Of a DNA stretch of 64,000 nucleotides, positions 47,400 through 56,761 are shown in pieces. Both the position numbers and the translations under genes were made by a program. The stretch comes from Candidatus Latescibacterota bacterium. Its GTDB lineage: Bacteria; Latescibacterota; UBA2968; UBA8231. Under the pieces are notes generated by a model. The model was not told where the DNA came from and did no database searches. It saw nothing but the letters and a program-made list of their open reading frames with translations. The DNA lies in contig OZ242005.1 of assembly GCA_965204725.1 (NCBI GenBank), positions 5,024,001 through 5,088,000 on the forward strand. Reading direction: 5' to 3'. The number at the start of each line of letters is the position of its first letter. The stretch's first letter is position 1.

Positions 47400-47909
47400 A
47401 TGACAACCGCACAACAAGCCCAAGCTCCTCTTTGGCAGGACCGGATCGTCAAAGACCCGCTGATACTCGGTGGCAAGCCCATTGTGAAAGGGACCCGGCT
47501 CTCGGTTGAATTCATAACCAGCGAACTCGAACGGGGTCGCACCGAAGCCGACCTCCTCTGCGACTACTCGCCGCGCCTGACCGCGGAAGATGTCGAGGCA
47601 TGTCGCCAGTACAAGGCTACAGGTGCCAAGCTATCCTACACCACTTGGGCGATGCAGGACGCCTTGATGGATGGCGACATTACCGCAGAGGAATTTGAGG
47701 CCCTGAAAAAGGAACAAATCACTTGGGAGGAACTGCACACTCTGAAGGGCGGCGGTGTCACTTGGGCACAACTCGACGCGCTAAGAGAAGGCAAGATCAC
47801 TTGGGCGCAACTGGACGACCTGAGAGCGGGTAAGATCGGTTGGGAGGAACTCGACGCCGCAATGGGTGGCCGATACAAGATGATCTGGCAAAACGGCGAA
47901 AGACCATGA
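47400..47909 (+). CDS. DUF433 antitoxin with C-terminal 13-aa repeat array
   Basis: RIVKDPLILGGKPIVKGTRLSV, LTAEDVEAC; repeats at 47634-47867. Confidence 0.85.
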   Translation: MTTAQQAQAPLWQDRIVKDPLILGGKPIVKGTRLSVEFITSELERGRTEADLLCDYSPRLTAEDVEACRQYKATGAKLSYTTWAMQDALMDGDITAEEFEALKKEQITWEELHTLKGGGVTWAQLDALREGKITWAQLDDLRAGKIGWEELDAAMGGRYKMIWQNGERP

Positions 47910-48250
47910 GAATACTGGCCGACGAAAATATATCGGGGCACATCGTCACCCGTCTGCGCGGAGTCGGCCACGATCTGCGATGGGCTAAAGAAAGCGACCC
48001 AAGCGAAGCCGACGCTAACCTGCTGATGCTGGCGAATCGCCAAAGACGCACTCTAATAACTTACGATACGGACTTCGGGGAACTGGTCCATCGGCACGAC
48101 ATGACAGCCCCGTATGGTGTCATCCAGTTCCGCATACATAAGAAAGTGCCGGGCGAGGTAGAACGGGAGTTCGTCTTCAACACCGTCAATATGTGGGATC
48201 GCTGGCCGCCTGGAGTGTGGAACATCCAGATACGACATCGTCCAACCTGA
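47906..48250 (+). CDS. DUF5615 PIN-like toxin (VapC45-like)
   Basis: MRILADENI, LR..GHD, LITYDTDFGEL, GVI; ATGA overlap. Confidence 0.85.
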   Translation: MRILADENISGHIVTRLRGVGHDLRWAKESDPSEADANLLMLANRQRRTLITYDTDFGELVHRHDMTAPYGVIQFRIHKKVPGEVEREFVFNTVNMWDRWPPGVWNIQIRHRPT

Positions 48251-48285
48251 CCTTTTAATTTCCTGTCAACGAGAGCCGCCGGTAC

Positions 48286-51108
48286 ATGACCGCTCAAACT
48301 CCATATCGTCGCAAGCTCATTGAGGTGGACTTGCCCCTTGACGACATCAACTACGAGTCTGTCCGCGAGAAGTCCATTCGGCACGGTCATCCTTCGACTC
48401 TGCATTTGTGGTGGTCACGAAAGCCATTGGCGGTGTGCCGCGCCGTCATTTTCGCCAGTATGGTGGACGACCCGGTTGACTGTTCCGACGAGTTTCCTAC
48501 TGAGGCGGCCCAACGTGCGGAACGCGAGCGGCTGCACGACATCATCCGGGAGCTTGTGAAGTGGGAGAACACCGACGAAAGTAAGACCGCAAGTAGGGAA
48601 CTCTTGGCGGAAGCGCGATGCGAAATTGCTCGCTCGATGGCGCGTACACGCGGCGAAACTGCGCCCACTGATCCGGCAGAAGTGCTGCGCTATCTCAACG
48701 ATAAGGTCCGTCCGGTTTACGATCCCTTTGCGGGTGGCGGCTCCATACCGCTCGAAGCGCAACGACTTGGGCTGCGAGCGGTCGCCTCTGATCTCAACCC
48801 GGTGGCCGTTCTTATTAACAAGGCATTGATCGAGTTGCCGCCGAAATTCAGCGGCCAATCCCCGATCAACCCGGATGCCGACCGGATGGGTATGACTGTT
48901 GGCAAGGGCAAGAAGCGGCGCGTTCCGTGGCGCGGTGCGGCGGGGCTGGCCGACGACATTCGTTACTATGGTCGCTGGATGCGCGAGGAAGCGTTCAAGC
49001 GGATAGGGCATCTGTATCCGCAGGTGAAACTGCCCGATGGAACGAATGCCACTGTAATTGCGTGGCTGTGGGTGCGCACCGTGCCTTGTCCAAATCCGGC
49101 GTGTCGCATTGCCATGCCGCTGATGGCCACGTTTCAATTGTCGAAGAAGAAAGGCAACGAACACTGGACTAAGCCCGTCATTGACCGCGAGAAAAATAGC
49201 ATCTCCTTTGTGGTACAGAACCACAACGCCGACATTCCCGAAAGCGGCACGGTGAACCGCAACGGCGCGACCTGTCTCGGCTGCGGCGGTGTGGTGAAAC
49301 TACCCTACGTGCGCGAGCAAGGGCGAGCAGGCAACATGGGAGAGGTTATGAAGGCGATTGTCGTCGAGGGAAACCGCAGGCGGCTGTTTCTTTCTCCCAC
49401 CGAAGAACACATCGAGGTTGCACAGGAAGCTATACCTGCTTGGCGACCCAACGGCAGCTTGCCTGAGCGAGCATTGAGCATCAGGGCGCAGATCTACGGG
49501 CTCACGGAGTGGCATAAACTTTTTACGGAACGTCAGCTAACCGCGCTGACCACGTTTAGCGACCTGTTGGGAGAGGTTCGCTCCTTAATTCTCGAACACG
49601 GAGCGTCTGAGGAATATGCTGACGCGGTTTGCACCTACCTTGCGCTTGCCGTTGGCAGAATCTCCGAAAGCGGTTGCAGTTTTGCCAGATGGCATACTTC
49701 CCGTGACCTCGTAACCGGGGTTTTTGGTCGCCAAGGAATTGGAATGGTTTGGGATTTCGCAGAAGGGAATCGTTTCTGTAGTTCATCAGGTAACTGGACG
49801 GGCCAAATCGAGTGGATAGCTAAAGCCGTCGATCACCTGCCCGCCGATGTAAACGGCGGAGAAGCGCATCAGGCCGACGCATCTACAACTATTCACGCTC
49901 AGGACGGTCCCGTCATCGTCACCGACCCGCCCTACTACGATAACATACACTATGCCGATTCATCCGACTTTTTCTATGTCTGGCTGCGCCCCCTGCTCCG
50001 CAACACATACCCCGATCTGTTTGCTGGCATCCTGACCCCCAAAAACGAGGAAATGGTTGCCAATCGATTCCGTTTTGAAAATTACAGCCAACATTTTGAG
50101 CAACAGCTAAGCAAGACGTTGCGGTTGATACGGGAACGCTGCTCGGCTGAGTTCCCATCGTCCATTTTCTACGCCTACAAACAACAGGAGGAGGAACGCG
50201 CAGGTAGAGCCTCGACCGGCTGGGAAACTATGCTATCCGCCGTTGTCTCGGCTGGCTTTCAGATAATCGGCACTTGGCCTATGCGAACTGAGATGGGGAA
50301 CCGATCCAATGCAATGAATACGAACGCCCTCGCCTCGTCCGTCGTCCTCGTCTGCCGTCCGCGCCCCAAAGATGCGCCCATTGCCACGCGCCGCCAATTC
50401 CTTGACGCGCTGGCGAAAGAGCTGCCCGAGGCTCTCGATCAACTCACCCGCGAAAGCCACATCGCCCCGACCGATCTAGCGCAAGCCGCTATCAGCCCCG
50501 GCATGCAAATCTACTCGCGCTACGCACGGGTCGAGACCATCAGCGGCGAGCCGGTGCCAGTGCGCGAGGCCCTAGCGGCCATTAACCGAGCCATCGCCGA
50601 TTACGACGAGCGACAGGAAGGCGACTTGGATGCAGAGAGCCGCTTCTGCCTCGACTGGCTCAAACAGCACGACTACGGAGAAGGCCAGTACGGCGAGGCC
50701 GAGACGCTAGCCCGCGCCAAAAACGTAGCCATCAGCAAACTGCAAAATCTGGACGGCCTACTCACGGCCGAAGGGGGCCGGGTAAAGCTGCTGCCACTTG
50801 ATGAATTTGGCGACAGTCGTCCGTTGAGCCTCGGCAATGGGACCGCGTGGGAAGGATGCTTTCGCATGGCGTACCACCTAAACCGCGAGGAAGGCCGAGG
50901 GATCGAGGGTGCGGGTATGGTTGCGCGGGAAATGGATGGCAACGTCGAATCCGTTGAGCGCTTGGCGCGCATTCTCTACAACCACTACGACCGCAAAGGC
51001 GACGCACAAAACGCGGTCGTCTTCAACAATCTCGTCACCGAGTGGCAAAATATCCATTCTGCCCTCTCAAGGATGAGAGAAGATGCACAGAGTCAGCTAT
51101 TCCAATAA
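48286..51108 (+). CDS. DUF1156 amino-DNA methyltransferase with Zn ribbon
   Basis: RKLIEVDLPL, HGHPSTLHLWWSRKPL, DPFAGGGSIPLEA, CPNPAC/CLGC, TDPPYYDN, TGWET, NALASS. Confidence 0.92.
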   Translation: MTAQTPYRRKLIEVDLPLDDINYESVREKSIRHGHPSTLHLWWSRKPLAVCRAVIFASMVDDPVDCSDEFPTEAAQRAERERLHDIIRELVKWENTDESKTASRELLAEARCEIARSMARTRGETAPTDPAEVLRYLNDKVRPVYDPFAGGGSIPLEAQRLGLRAVASDLNPVAVLINKALIELPPKFSGQSPINPDADRMGMTVGKGKKRRVPWRGAAGLADDIRYYGRWMREEAFKRIGHLYPQVKLPDGTNATVIAWLWVRTVPCPNPACRIAMPLMATFQLSKKKGNEHWTKPVIDREKNSISFVVQNHNADIPESGTVNRNGATCLGCGGVVKLPYVREQGRAGNMGEVMKAIVVEGNRRRLFLSPTEEHIEVAQEAIPAWRPNGSLPERALSIRAQIYGLTEWHKLFTERQLTALTTFSDLLGEVRSLILEHGASEEYADAVCTYLALAVGRISESGCSFARWHTSRDLVTGVFGRQGIGMVWDFAEGNRFCSSSGNWTGQIEWIAKAVDHLPADVNGGEAHQADASTTIHAQDGPVIVTDPPYYDNIHYADSSDFFYVWLRPLLRNTYPDLFAGILTPKNEEMVANRFRFENYSQHFEQQLSKTLRLIRERCSAEFPSSIFYAYKQQEEERAGRASTGWETMLSAVVSAGFQIIGTWPMRTEMGNRSNAMNTNALASSVVLVCRPRPKDAPIATRRQFLDALAKELPEALDQLTRESHIAPTDLAQAAISPGMQIYSRYARVETISGEPVPVREALAAINRAIADYDERQEGDLDAESRFCLDWLKQHDYGEGQYGEAETLARAKNVAISKLQNLDGLLTAEGGRVKLLPLDEFGDSRPLSLGNGTAWEGCFRMAYHLNREEGRGIEGAGMVAREMDGNVESVERLARILYNHYDRKGDAQNAVVFNNLVTEWQNIHSALSRMREDAQSQLFQ

Positions 51109-51451
51109 TTTGTTCGCCAAGAAGTATCAGCTAGAGAACAACCTGCGCCCATTCAACCGAGAGGAGGTGCAAACGCTACCAAGGGACTGTTGCGGCCTAT
51201 ATGCCCTGTGGCTGCCCGAAGAAAGTGCCCACGAACGGCTCTACATCGGCATGTCCGCAACTTGCGTCCGCCGCCGCCTGCTGGAGCACCTAGCAAACGA
51301 GACCAATCCCGAACTTCGACGCCAACTCCGCATGTTCCCCTACCTAGTAGAGTTCTCGGTAACATTCACCAAAAGCGAAGAGGAAACTCGCGAGTTAGAG
51401 GCCGCCATCATCCGCGCTTGGCAACCCGAAACCAACCGCAACTTACGGTAG
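51083..51451 (+). CDS. GIY-YIG endonuclease
   Basis: GLYAL...LYIGMS...RRRLLEH...LE..II...P..N. Confidence 0.8.
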   Translation: MHRVSYSNNLFAKKYQLENNLRPFNREEVQTLPRDCCGLYALWLPEESAHERLYIGMSATCVRRRLLEHLANETNPELRRQLRMFPYLVEFSVTFTKSEEETRELEAAIIRAWQPETNRNLR

Positions 51452-51470
51452 CAGAGATTGCATCTGTAGA

Positions 51471-51959
51471 ATGGCTATGAATAGAAAGCGACGATTGCTT
51501 ATTCTATCGTGCTCACAGCGCAAACACGCTTCGCACGAGCCTTTACCGGCGATTGACAGATACAACGGCCCGTTATTCTTCGTATTACGTCGTTTTCTTC
51601 GCGAACGTCCCCATCAGGCAAGTCTGCTTGATGTGTACATCTTATCCGCAGTATATGGGCTTATTCCGGGCGATTTCTCAACCGCACTGTATGACCGAAA
51701 GATGAATACAGCGCGTATCGCTGAATTACAGCCTCAAATCACCACAGCATTTTCAGGTATTCGACGCGACAACTACATTTCAGTCTGTTTTGTACTGGGT
51801 AAAGCCTATCTGAAGGCATTGGAGGGATTACAAGCCCATAAGAAAGCAATTGTTGCTTACGGTCCGATAGGCAAAAAGCAGACGCAACTTAAAAAGTGGC
51901 TGTGGGGCGAAGATTCCTACACTCTTGACGAAAGGAACCTCGATGAAACTGGAAGTTAA
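51471..51959 (+). CDS. DUF6884/YaaA-like protein
   Basis: LILSCSQRK, PAIDRYNGP, ILSAVYGLI, YD.KM, GK.Y, G.IG....L..W. Confidence 0.7.
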   Translation: MAMNRKRRLLILSCSQRKHASHEPLPAIDRYNGPLFFVLRRFLRERPHQASLLDVYILSAVYGLIPGDFSTALYDRKMNTARIAELQPQITTAFSGIRRDNYISVCFVLGKAYLKALEGLQAHKKAIVAYGPIGKKQTQLKKWLWGEDSYTLDERNLDETGS

Positions 51960-52377
51960 AGTTATCAATCGCTCGACAGATGAGCCAATCGCAACCTACT
52001 CTGTACCAGATTTCTCAATGCTTGACTTTCAGGAATGGAAAGAGAAAAGTGAGGTTACGATTAAATTGGACTGTCTTTCAGATAAAGTGGCTGATCTGGA
52101 CTCAAATGATCCTGAAATACAGAAGCCGGTATCTAATCCAAGGAAGGTTGATTTTTATTTGCCTGATTCAATAGAAAATCAGATGGTTTTTCAATTCGCA
52201 AAATTGAAAACAGACACGGAGGAATCTACCGATCAGTCTGTGGATAACAACGAAGTATCCGAACGGGTTTCTACACCGAATTTAAAATCAAGTACCATTT
52301 TATCCGCTATCGTAACAGAGATCTTACAGAACCACCATCCGCATTCTGATTACCAAGTGAAAATCTCTGATGGATAG
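51943..52377 (+). CDS. Hypothetical acidic protein
   Basis: RBS AAAGGAA, overlaps both neighbours; no recognised motif. Confidence 0.6.
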   Translation: MKLEVKVINRSTDEPIATYSVPDFSMLDFQEWKEKSEVTIKLDCLSDKVADLDSNDPEIQKPVSNPRKVDFYLPDSIENQMVFQFAKLKTDTEESTDQSVDNNEVSERVSTPNLKSSTILSAIVTEILQNHHPHSDYQVKISDG

Positions 52378-53476
52378 CCGATCACTCAAGTTAGATGTGT
52401 TCATTGCTGAATACCCACTTTGGGGTAGTGAATGGGAAGTTTCTTATACAGATGGTACACACCTGCCTGAAAAAGAATATGTGAAACTTGGCGATATCGC
52501 AATTGATGAAGATGAGGAAATTGCACGACGCTATCCGATTTTACCTTTTTCTTTTTCGCCTGTGTCGGATAAAAAAATCAAAAGTCGTTTCTCTGAGTTG
52601 TCCAAAGATAACGGAATGAAACAAGCGGATCGAGCATCAAAAATCATACGTGATCAACTCGCCGACAGCATGGTACGGACTGGACTTCTACGCCCGGAAT
52701 TTTGCCTAATGGAAGACCAAGGTGTCAAGATGGAGTTTCGGAAAGTAATGAAAAAACTCTCAGAACATGGTTACTTAATACTTGTCGCTGATACAAGCAC
52801 CTTGCGACGGGCAGTGATCTCTTTCTTGCACAAAACCCTATCCGACGTGTTGATTTGGACGGTTGTTCCCGTTTTCGTGATGACTGAGCTCCAACGGCAA
52901 GTAAATGAATTGAATAGGAAACGGAGAGAAAGTGACCAAGGTAGAAAGCCTCAGCTTGGAAGGTGTAACGTGCTTGAGATGCGTCCACAGGTCTCAGTCA
53001 TTAGTCGAGAATTGAATCACATCCGCCAGTGGCGTCCCTTGGAAATGCTAACAACGCTTCCTGAACACTTAGGTCAGTCCAAAGGGAACTCCAGAGGGAA
53101 CCCAACAATTGACCGGCTGATTATTGAAAGCGTGAAGAACCTCAAGCGAGATCGAGGATTACACCAAGGTGTCTATCTCATCACCGGGGATAAGGATATG
53201 GCTTCACTTGCGACTTTAGAAAACCAAGGAAGCCTCCACCTAGGCGTTCCATCACTACCCCCAGAAATTCCAGAACTTAGCTCCGTTCGATACGACTCTC
53301 ATAACAACAGGTTCGTCCTAACTCCTGTACATTACCTACTGTGGGATTTGGCTCAGGTCTTCAGTACGATTCGTTTTAAGAACAAGGAACTTGACCGCAC
53401 ATACGAACTTGTTTATTACTCACAAGCGCGTGGAGGATTCTTTTCTTACGACGTGATGGAAATACGGGAGTTCTGA
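52370..53476 (+). CDS. PIN-domain nuclease, large
   Basis: LVADTSTL, VMTELQ, DRLIIES, LITGDKDMA acidic tetrad. Confidence 0.7.
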   Translation: MDSRSLKLDVFIAEYPLWGSEWEVSYTDGTHLPEKEYVKLGDIAIDEDEEIARRYPILPFSFSPVSDKKIKSRFSELSKDNGMKQADRASKIIRDQLADSMVRTGLLRPEFCLMEDQGVKMEFRKVMKKLSEHGYLILVADTSTLRRAVISFLHKTLSDVLIWTVVPVFVMTELQRQVNELNRKRRESDQGRKPQLGRCNVLEMRPQVSVISRELNHIRQWRPLEMLTTLPEHLGQSKGNSRGNPTIDRLIIESVKNLKRDRGLHQGVYLITGDKDMASLATLENQGSLHLGVPSLPPEIPELSSVRYDSHNNRFVLTPVHYLLWDLAQVFSTIRFKNKELDRTYELVYYSQARGGFFSYDVMEIREF

Positions 53477-53479
53477 GGA

Positions 53480-54409
53480 TTGGATCCGATCACTATAAAT
53501 AAATTGCTGTCTGTTGCTGATAGCATTGAGACGCAGCGTACTGAAAGTCAACTCTCGCTGGATACATTTTACAAGATCGTCGAGAGTCAAGGACAAGTAA
53601 AACACCCCGTACGACGAGTGCGAGACATATTGCGAGTCTTTGAAGCATCGAATTGGTTAGTTCAAAGCGAGCAAGATCAGGATATGTTGTGTTTAACCGA
53701 AGATTTCCATAATTTTATTTGCACTTGGAACGCTGGAGACTATTTATTGCCGATGAATCAAGGATTGAAAAATTATCCACCTTATGCACGTTTTCTTCAC
53801 TGTCTAGAGCGCGAGAAAAAGATTGAATTTCCCCAACGTCAGGATAAGGAAGCTCGAAGGAATTTGGGGCATAGATTAAAACAGAAATATAATATAACCT
53901 TCGTTGCCTTTGATACATTCTGGACATGGGCAGTATCCGTAGGACACGCATACCGTTCGCCTTTTGAAGAAATTCTCTATTGGGGCGGAGAGTGGGATGA
54001 AAAGCGGCCATCCTTAGAGTGCTTCAAAATAGCTTGCCGGGATAGTTATTGCCAGACAGACAAAACATCTTGTTATGCGAACTTGGGTAGTTTAGCACAT
54101 ATTGTTTGTAAGGAACTGAGTATCTCTTTTCAGGCTTTTGAGATGAAGATGAACGAGTTTGTAAAAACCTATCCAAGAGAAATTAGGCTCGCACCAGCGA
54201 CGATTCGACGAGAAGTTTCTGGACATCTACGAATCACCTCGATACGGCCAAGAAAAGAGATTCTTAAAGAACGGCTTTCCGCGAAACTGCAAGGTATGAA
54301 GTCGTCAAAACCACAGAAACCACAGTGGTTTGAACACCGCTATTTGGAGGATGGGATGCGAGTGAACGGCAAACTGGTCAAACTAATTCGATGGGAGGTA
54401 GCAAAATGA
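53480..54409 (+). CDS. Hypothetical protein, possibly winged-helix DNA-binding
   Basis: 309-aa ORF in operon; basic, with RRVRDILRVFEASNWL wHTH-like segment. Confidence 0.55.
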   Translation: MDPITINKLLSVADSIETQRTESQLSLDTFYKIVESQGQVKHPVRRVRDILRVFEASNWLVQSEQDQDMLCLTEDFHNFICTWNAGDYLLPMNQGLKNYPPYARFLHCLEREKKIEFPQRQDKEARRNLGHRLKQKYNITFVAFDTFWTWAVSVGHAYRSPFEEILYWGGEWDEKRPSLECFKIACRDSYCQTDKTSCYANLGSLAHIVCKELSISFQAFEMKMNEFVKTYPREIRLAPATIRREVSGHLRITSIRPRKEILKERLSAKLQGMKSSKPQKPQWFEHRYLEDGMRVNGKLVKLIRWEVAK

Positions 54410-55581
54410 CACTAATGAAAGACCTTTCTTTGTTTAGAGTTGAGCCCCAGGAACTCAATCCATACGAAAAGTATTTTCTCCTTGGGAATCCATTTCCGGG
54501 ACATGGGGACACTAGCTCTGATGTCTGTACAGACCAAGACGAGTTAAAAAAAGAATTTGTCTATAGCTTGCAGAACTTTTCCTCAGACGCCAAGCGATTG
54601 CGTATTAATGGAGAAAGTGGTGCAGGCAAGACAAATATCTTGCGGTACTTTGAAAGACTGACTGACGAAGCAAGAGAAAATAAACTTATTAAAAATATAC
54701 ATCCAATCTATGTTTTTGCTCCTGGAGAGAGTTACTACGACATTCATGGACAAATTATTGATAAACTGTCTGAGTTATTCTTAGGTGATCTGTTTGAGCA
54801 GCTAAAATCAAATCCGAAAAAAATTGATACTCTTTCGGAAGATATTCGACCTGCATTCGAGCTCCTAGCAGTTATTAAAACACTAGTCGAGTCTAATAGT
54901 CTATTCACTATTTACAGTGAGCGGCATAAAGATGCCTTAATTCGCTGGTTGAAAGTGCAAAAGCTCTCGGCAGCAGACAAAAAATTATTAACTAGAATTG
55001 GAGAAAAACCCATCTCCGATATTACTAGTCTGTCGCTCGCCATGCGGTTCTTGAGTGGATTGCTCGCCGTGCTGAAAGAACTCGGTCTGTGCGATGGAAT
55101 CGTTTTGCTATTTGACGAATTTGAGGAGATTTTTGAAGGATTGTCCCGTCCACGCCAATCCCGATACGCACAAGACCTTCGGCATCTTTTCGATACGTTA
55201 AAGGAATCCGTTTTCTTTGTCATTGCAACCGTTCCAGAACCGAAAGACCTAGCACAATATCCTGCAATTGAGCGACGCTTAGGTAATGCGGTCGTGCTCC
55301 AGCCCATAGATAGTCTCGAACTTGCCGTTGAATACGTATCGGACTACTTGACCAGCGGACGAGACAAGTATGAACGGTATCTCAAAGAACATGAAAAGCA
55401 ATCCCAACAAGATCGTCCCAAACATTTAGAACCTCTGAAACCGCAAATTGTTGAAGAGGAGTACGGTCTATTAAAAAAAGAAGTTGAGGAAGCGAAACTC
55501 GATATTTTACCGGGATATTTTTTACCTCGCATGAAAGAACGAATAAAACGAGAAGTCGAGTTACCTAATGAACAAAAATGA
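54406..55581 (+). CDS. P-loop AAA+ ATPase (Orc1/Cdc6- or BrxD-like)
   Basis: NPY...L..NPF, Walker A GESGAGKT, Walker B LLFDEFE, PAIERRL arginine finger; RBS GGAGG, ATGA overlap. Confidence 0.8.
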   Translation: MTLMKDLSLFRVEPQELNPYEKYFLLGNPFPGHGDTSSDVCTDQDELKKEFVYSLQNFSSDAKRLRINGESGAGKTNILRYFERLTDEARENKLIKNIHPIYVFAPGESYYDIHGQIIDKLSELFLGDLFEQLKSNPKKIDTLSEDIRPAFELLAVIKTLVESNSLFTIYSERHKDALIRWLKVQKLSAADKKLLTRIGEKPISDITSLSLAMRFLSGLLAVLKELGLCDGIVLLFDEFEEIFEGLSRPRQSRYAQDLRHLFDTLKESVFFVIATVPEPKDLAQYPAIERRLGNAVVLQPIDSLELAVEYVSDYLTSGRDKYERYLKEHEKQSQQDRPKHLEPLKPQIVEEEYGLLKKEVEEAKLDILPGYFLPRMKERIKREVELPNEQK

Positions 55582-56761
55582 TACACAAAACGCTGTCTCT
55601 GTAGGATTTTTGGAGACACCCAACCTGTTTGCCAGCTATCGCATACACGACTATCCACGTGCGGGCCTACGTTGCCATCCATGGAAGATGACCGATACCC
55701 AAGCGATTCTGCTCAACGCCTTTGATCTGCTAGCGAATAGACGAACACATAAGTTCACTGAAGAAATCCGAAATATGAAAGGCAAGCTGCACGAATACGT
55801 CGAATTTGATGGTCCACTTATGCTCGATTCTGGTGCCTTTAATTTTCTACAACATGCTGAAATCAGTATTACACCTCTTGACGTCCTGTCGATTGGGATT
55901 GAGTTAGGGGCTGATATGTCGGTTGTGCTTGACCATCCCTTCATGCCTAAATCTGATCCGAAAGAGATAGATGTACGTTGGTCAAATACTGTGGAGAACA
56001 CCCGTAAAATGTTTGAGGCTCTAAAAGAGTCTGACGCCTCGCATCGCCCAAAACTCATACCTGTTCTTCACGGCCATAATGAAAAAACACTCTCCCGTGC
56101 TTTAGATGCTATTGTCAAAATATGGGGTCAAGAGCCTGCCATCGTCGGCATTGGAAGTTTGGCACCTCTTGCTCTCAATGGAAGCAAGCGCACAGTAGTT
56201 GATGTTATTCTCACGGTACGGAAACTGCTCCCCAAAACTCATATTCACTGTTTCTCTTTGGGATCTGCCCTGCTGATGCTATTCGCCTTTTACTGCGGTG
56301 CAGATACCGTCGATTCACAGACTTGGATTATGAGTGCTGCCTTCAAACAAGTGCAGTTGCCCGGCGTTCACTTGACCCGCTTTTCTCGCCGTGAAGCTGA
56401 AAAAGATCCCGCCAAATATGAACAAAGCCGTCGTGCCTTTGCTCAGCATTTGCTGCGATTGACTACTGAAGAGAAATTTGCTGTCAAAGACTGGGATGAT
56501 GGGACAGACTGGTCAATCTGTGATGAACGCGCTGCGCTTTCTTACTTAGACTATCTTGAAGACCGTGATGGGATAAACCACGTTCATCGCCGGGCCTGCC
56601 ACAATCTATACGCATTCAACTTTGAGGCGAGGCGAGTGCGCCATCAAAAGAAGGCTGACACACTCGAAACCTTTGTTCATAGCCGAATGAACAGCACTGT
56701 TTACCGAAAGGTATTTGAGTATGCAACTGAAAAAACCACAACCAGTAGAACTCAGCTATGA
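55568..56761 (+). CDS. tRNA-guanine transglycosylase superfamily protein (arcTGT/DpdA-like)
   Basis: LETP, LLNAF, FDGPLMLDSGAF, VLDHP, PVLHG, GIGSLAP, IHCFSLG, GADTVDSQTW, HNL; no CxCxxC. Confidence 0.85.
   Translation: MNKNDTQNAVSVGFLETPNLFASYRIHDYPRAGLRCHPWKMTDTQAILLNAFDLLANRRTHKFTEEIRNMKGKLHEYVEFDGPLMLDSGAFNFLQHAEISITPLDVLSIGIELGADMSVVLDHPFMPKSDPKEIDVRWSNTVENTRKMFEALKESDASHRPKLIPVLHGHNEKTLSRALDAIVKIWGQEPAIVGIGSLAPLALNGSKRTVVDVILTVRKLLPKTHIHCFSLGSALLMLFAFYCGADTVDSQTWIMSAAFKQVQLPGVHLTRFSRREAEKDPAKYEQSRRAFAQHLLRLTTEEKFAVKDWDDGTDWSICDERAALSYLDYLEDRDGINHVHRRACHNLYAFNFEARRVRHQKKADTLETFVHSRMNSTVYRKVFEYATEKTTTSRTQL

Noticed and set aside
51471-56761. Canonical Dpd, BREX or Qat system
   Set aside because: No recognisable DpdB/DpdC/helicases/PLD, PglZ/PglX or QueC/TatD; remote homology cannot be excluded without HMMs
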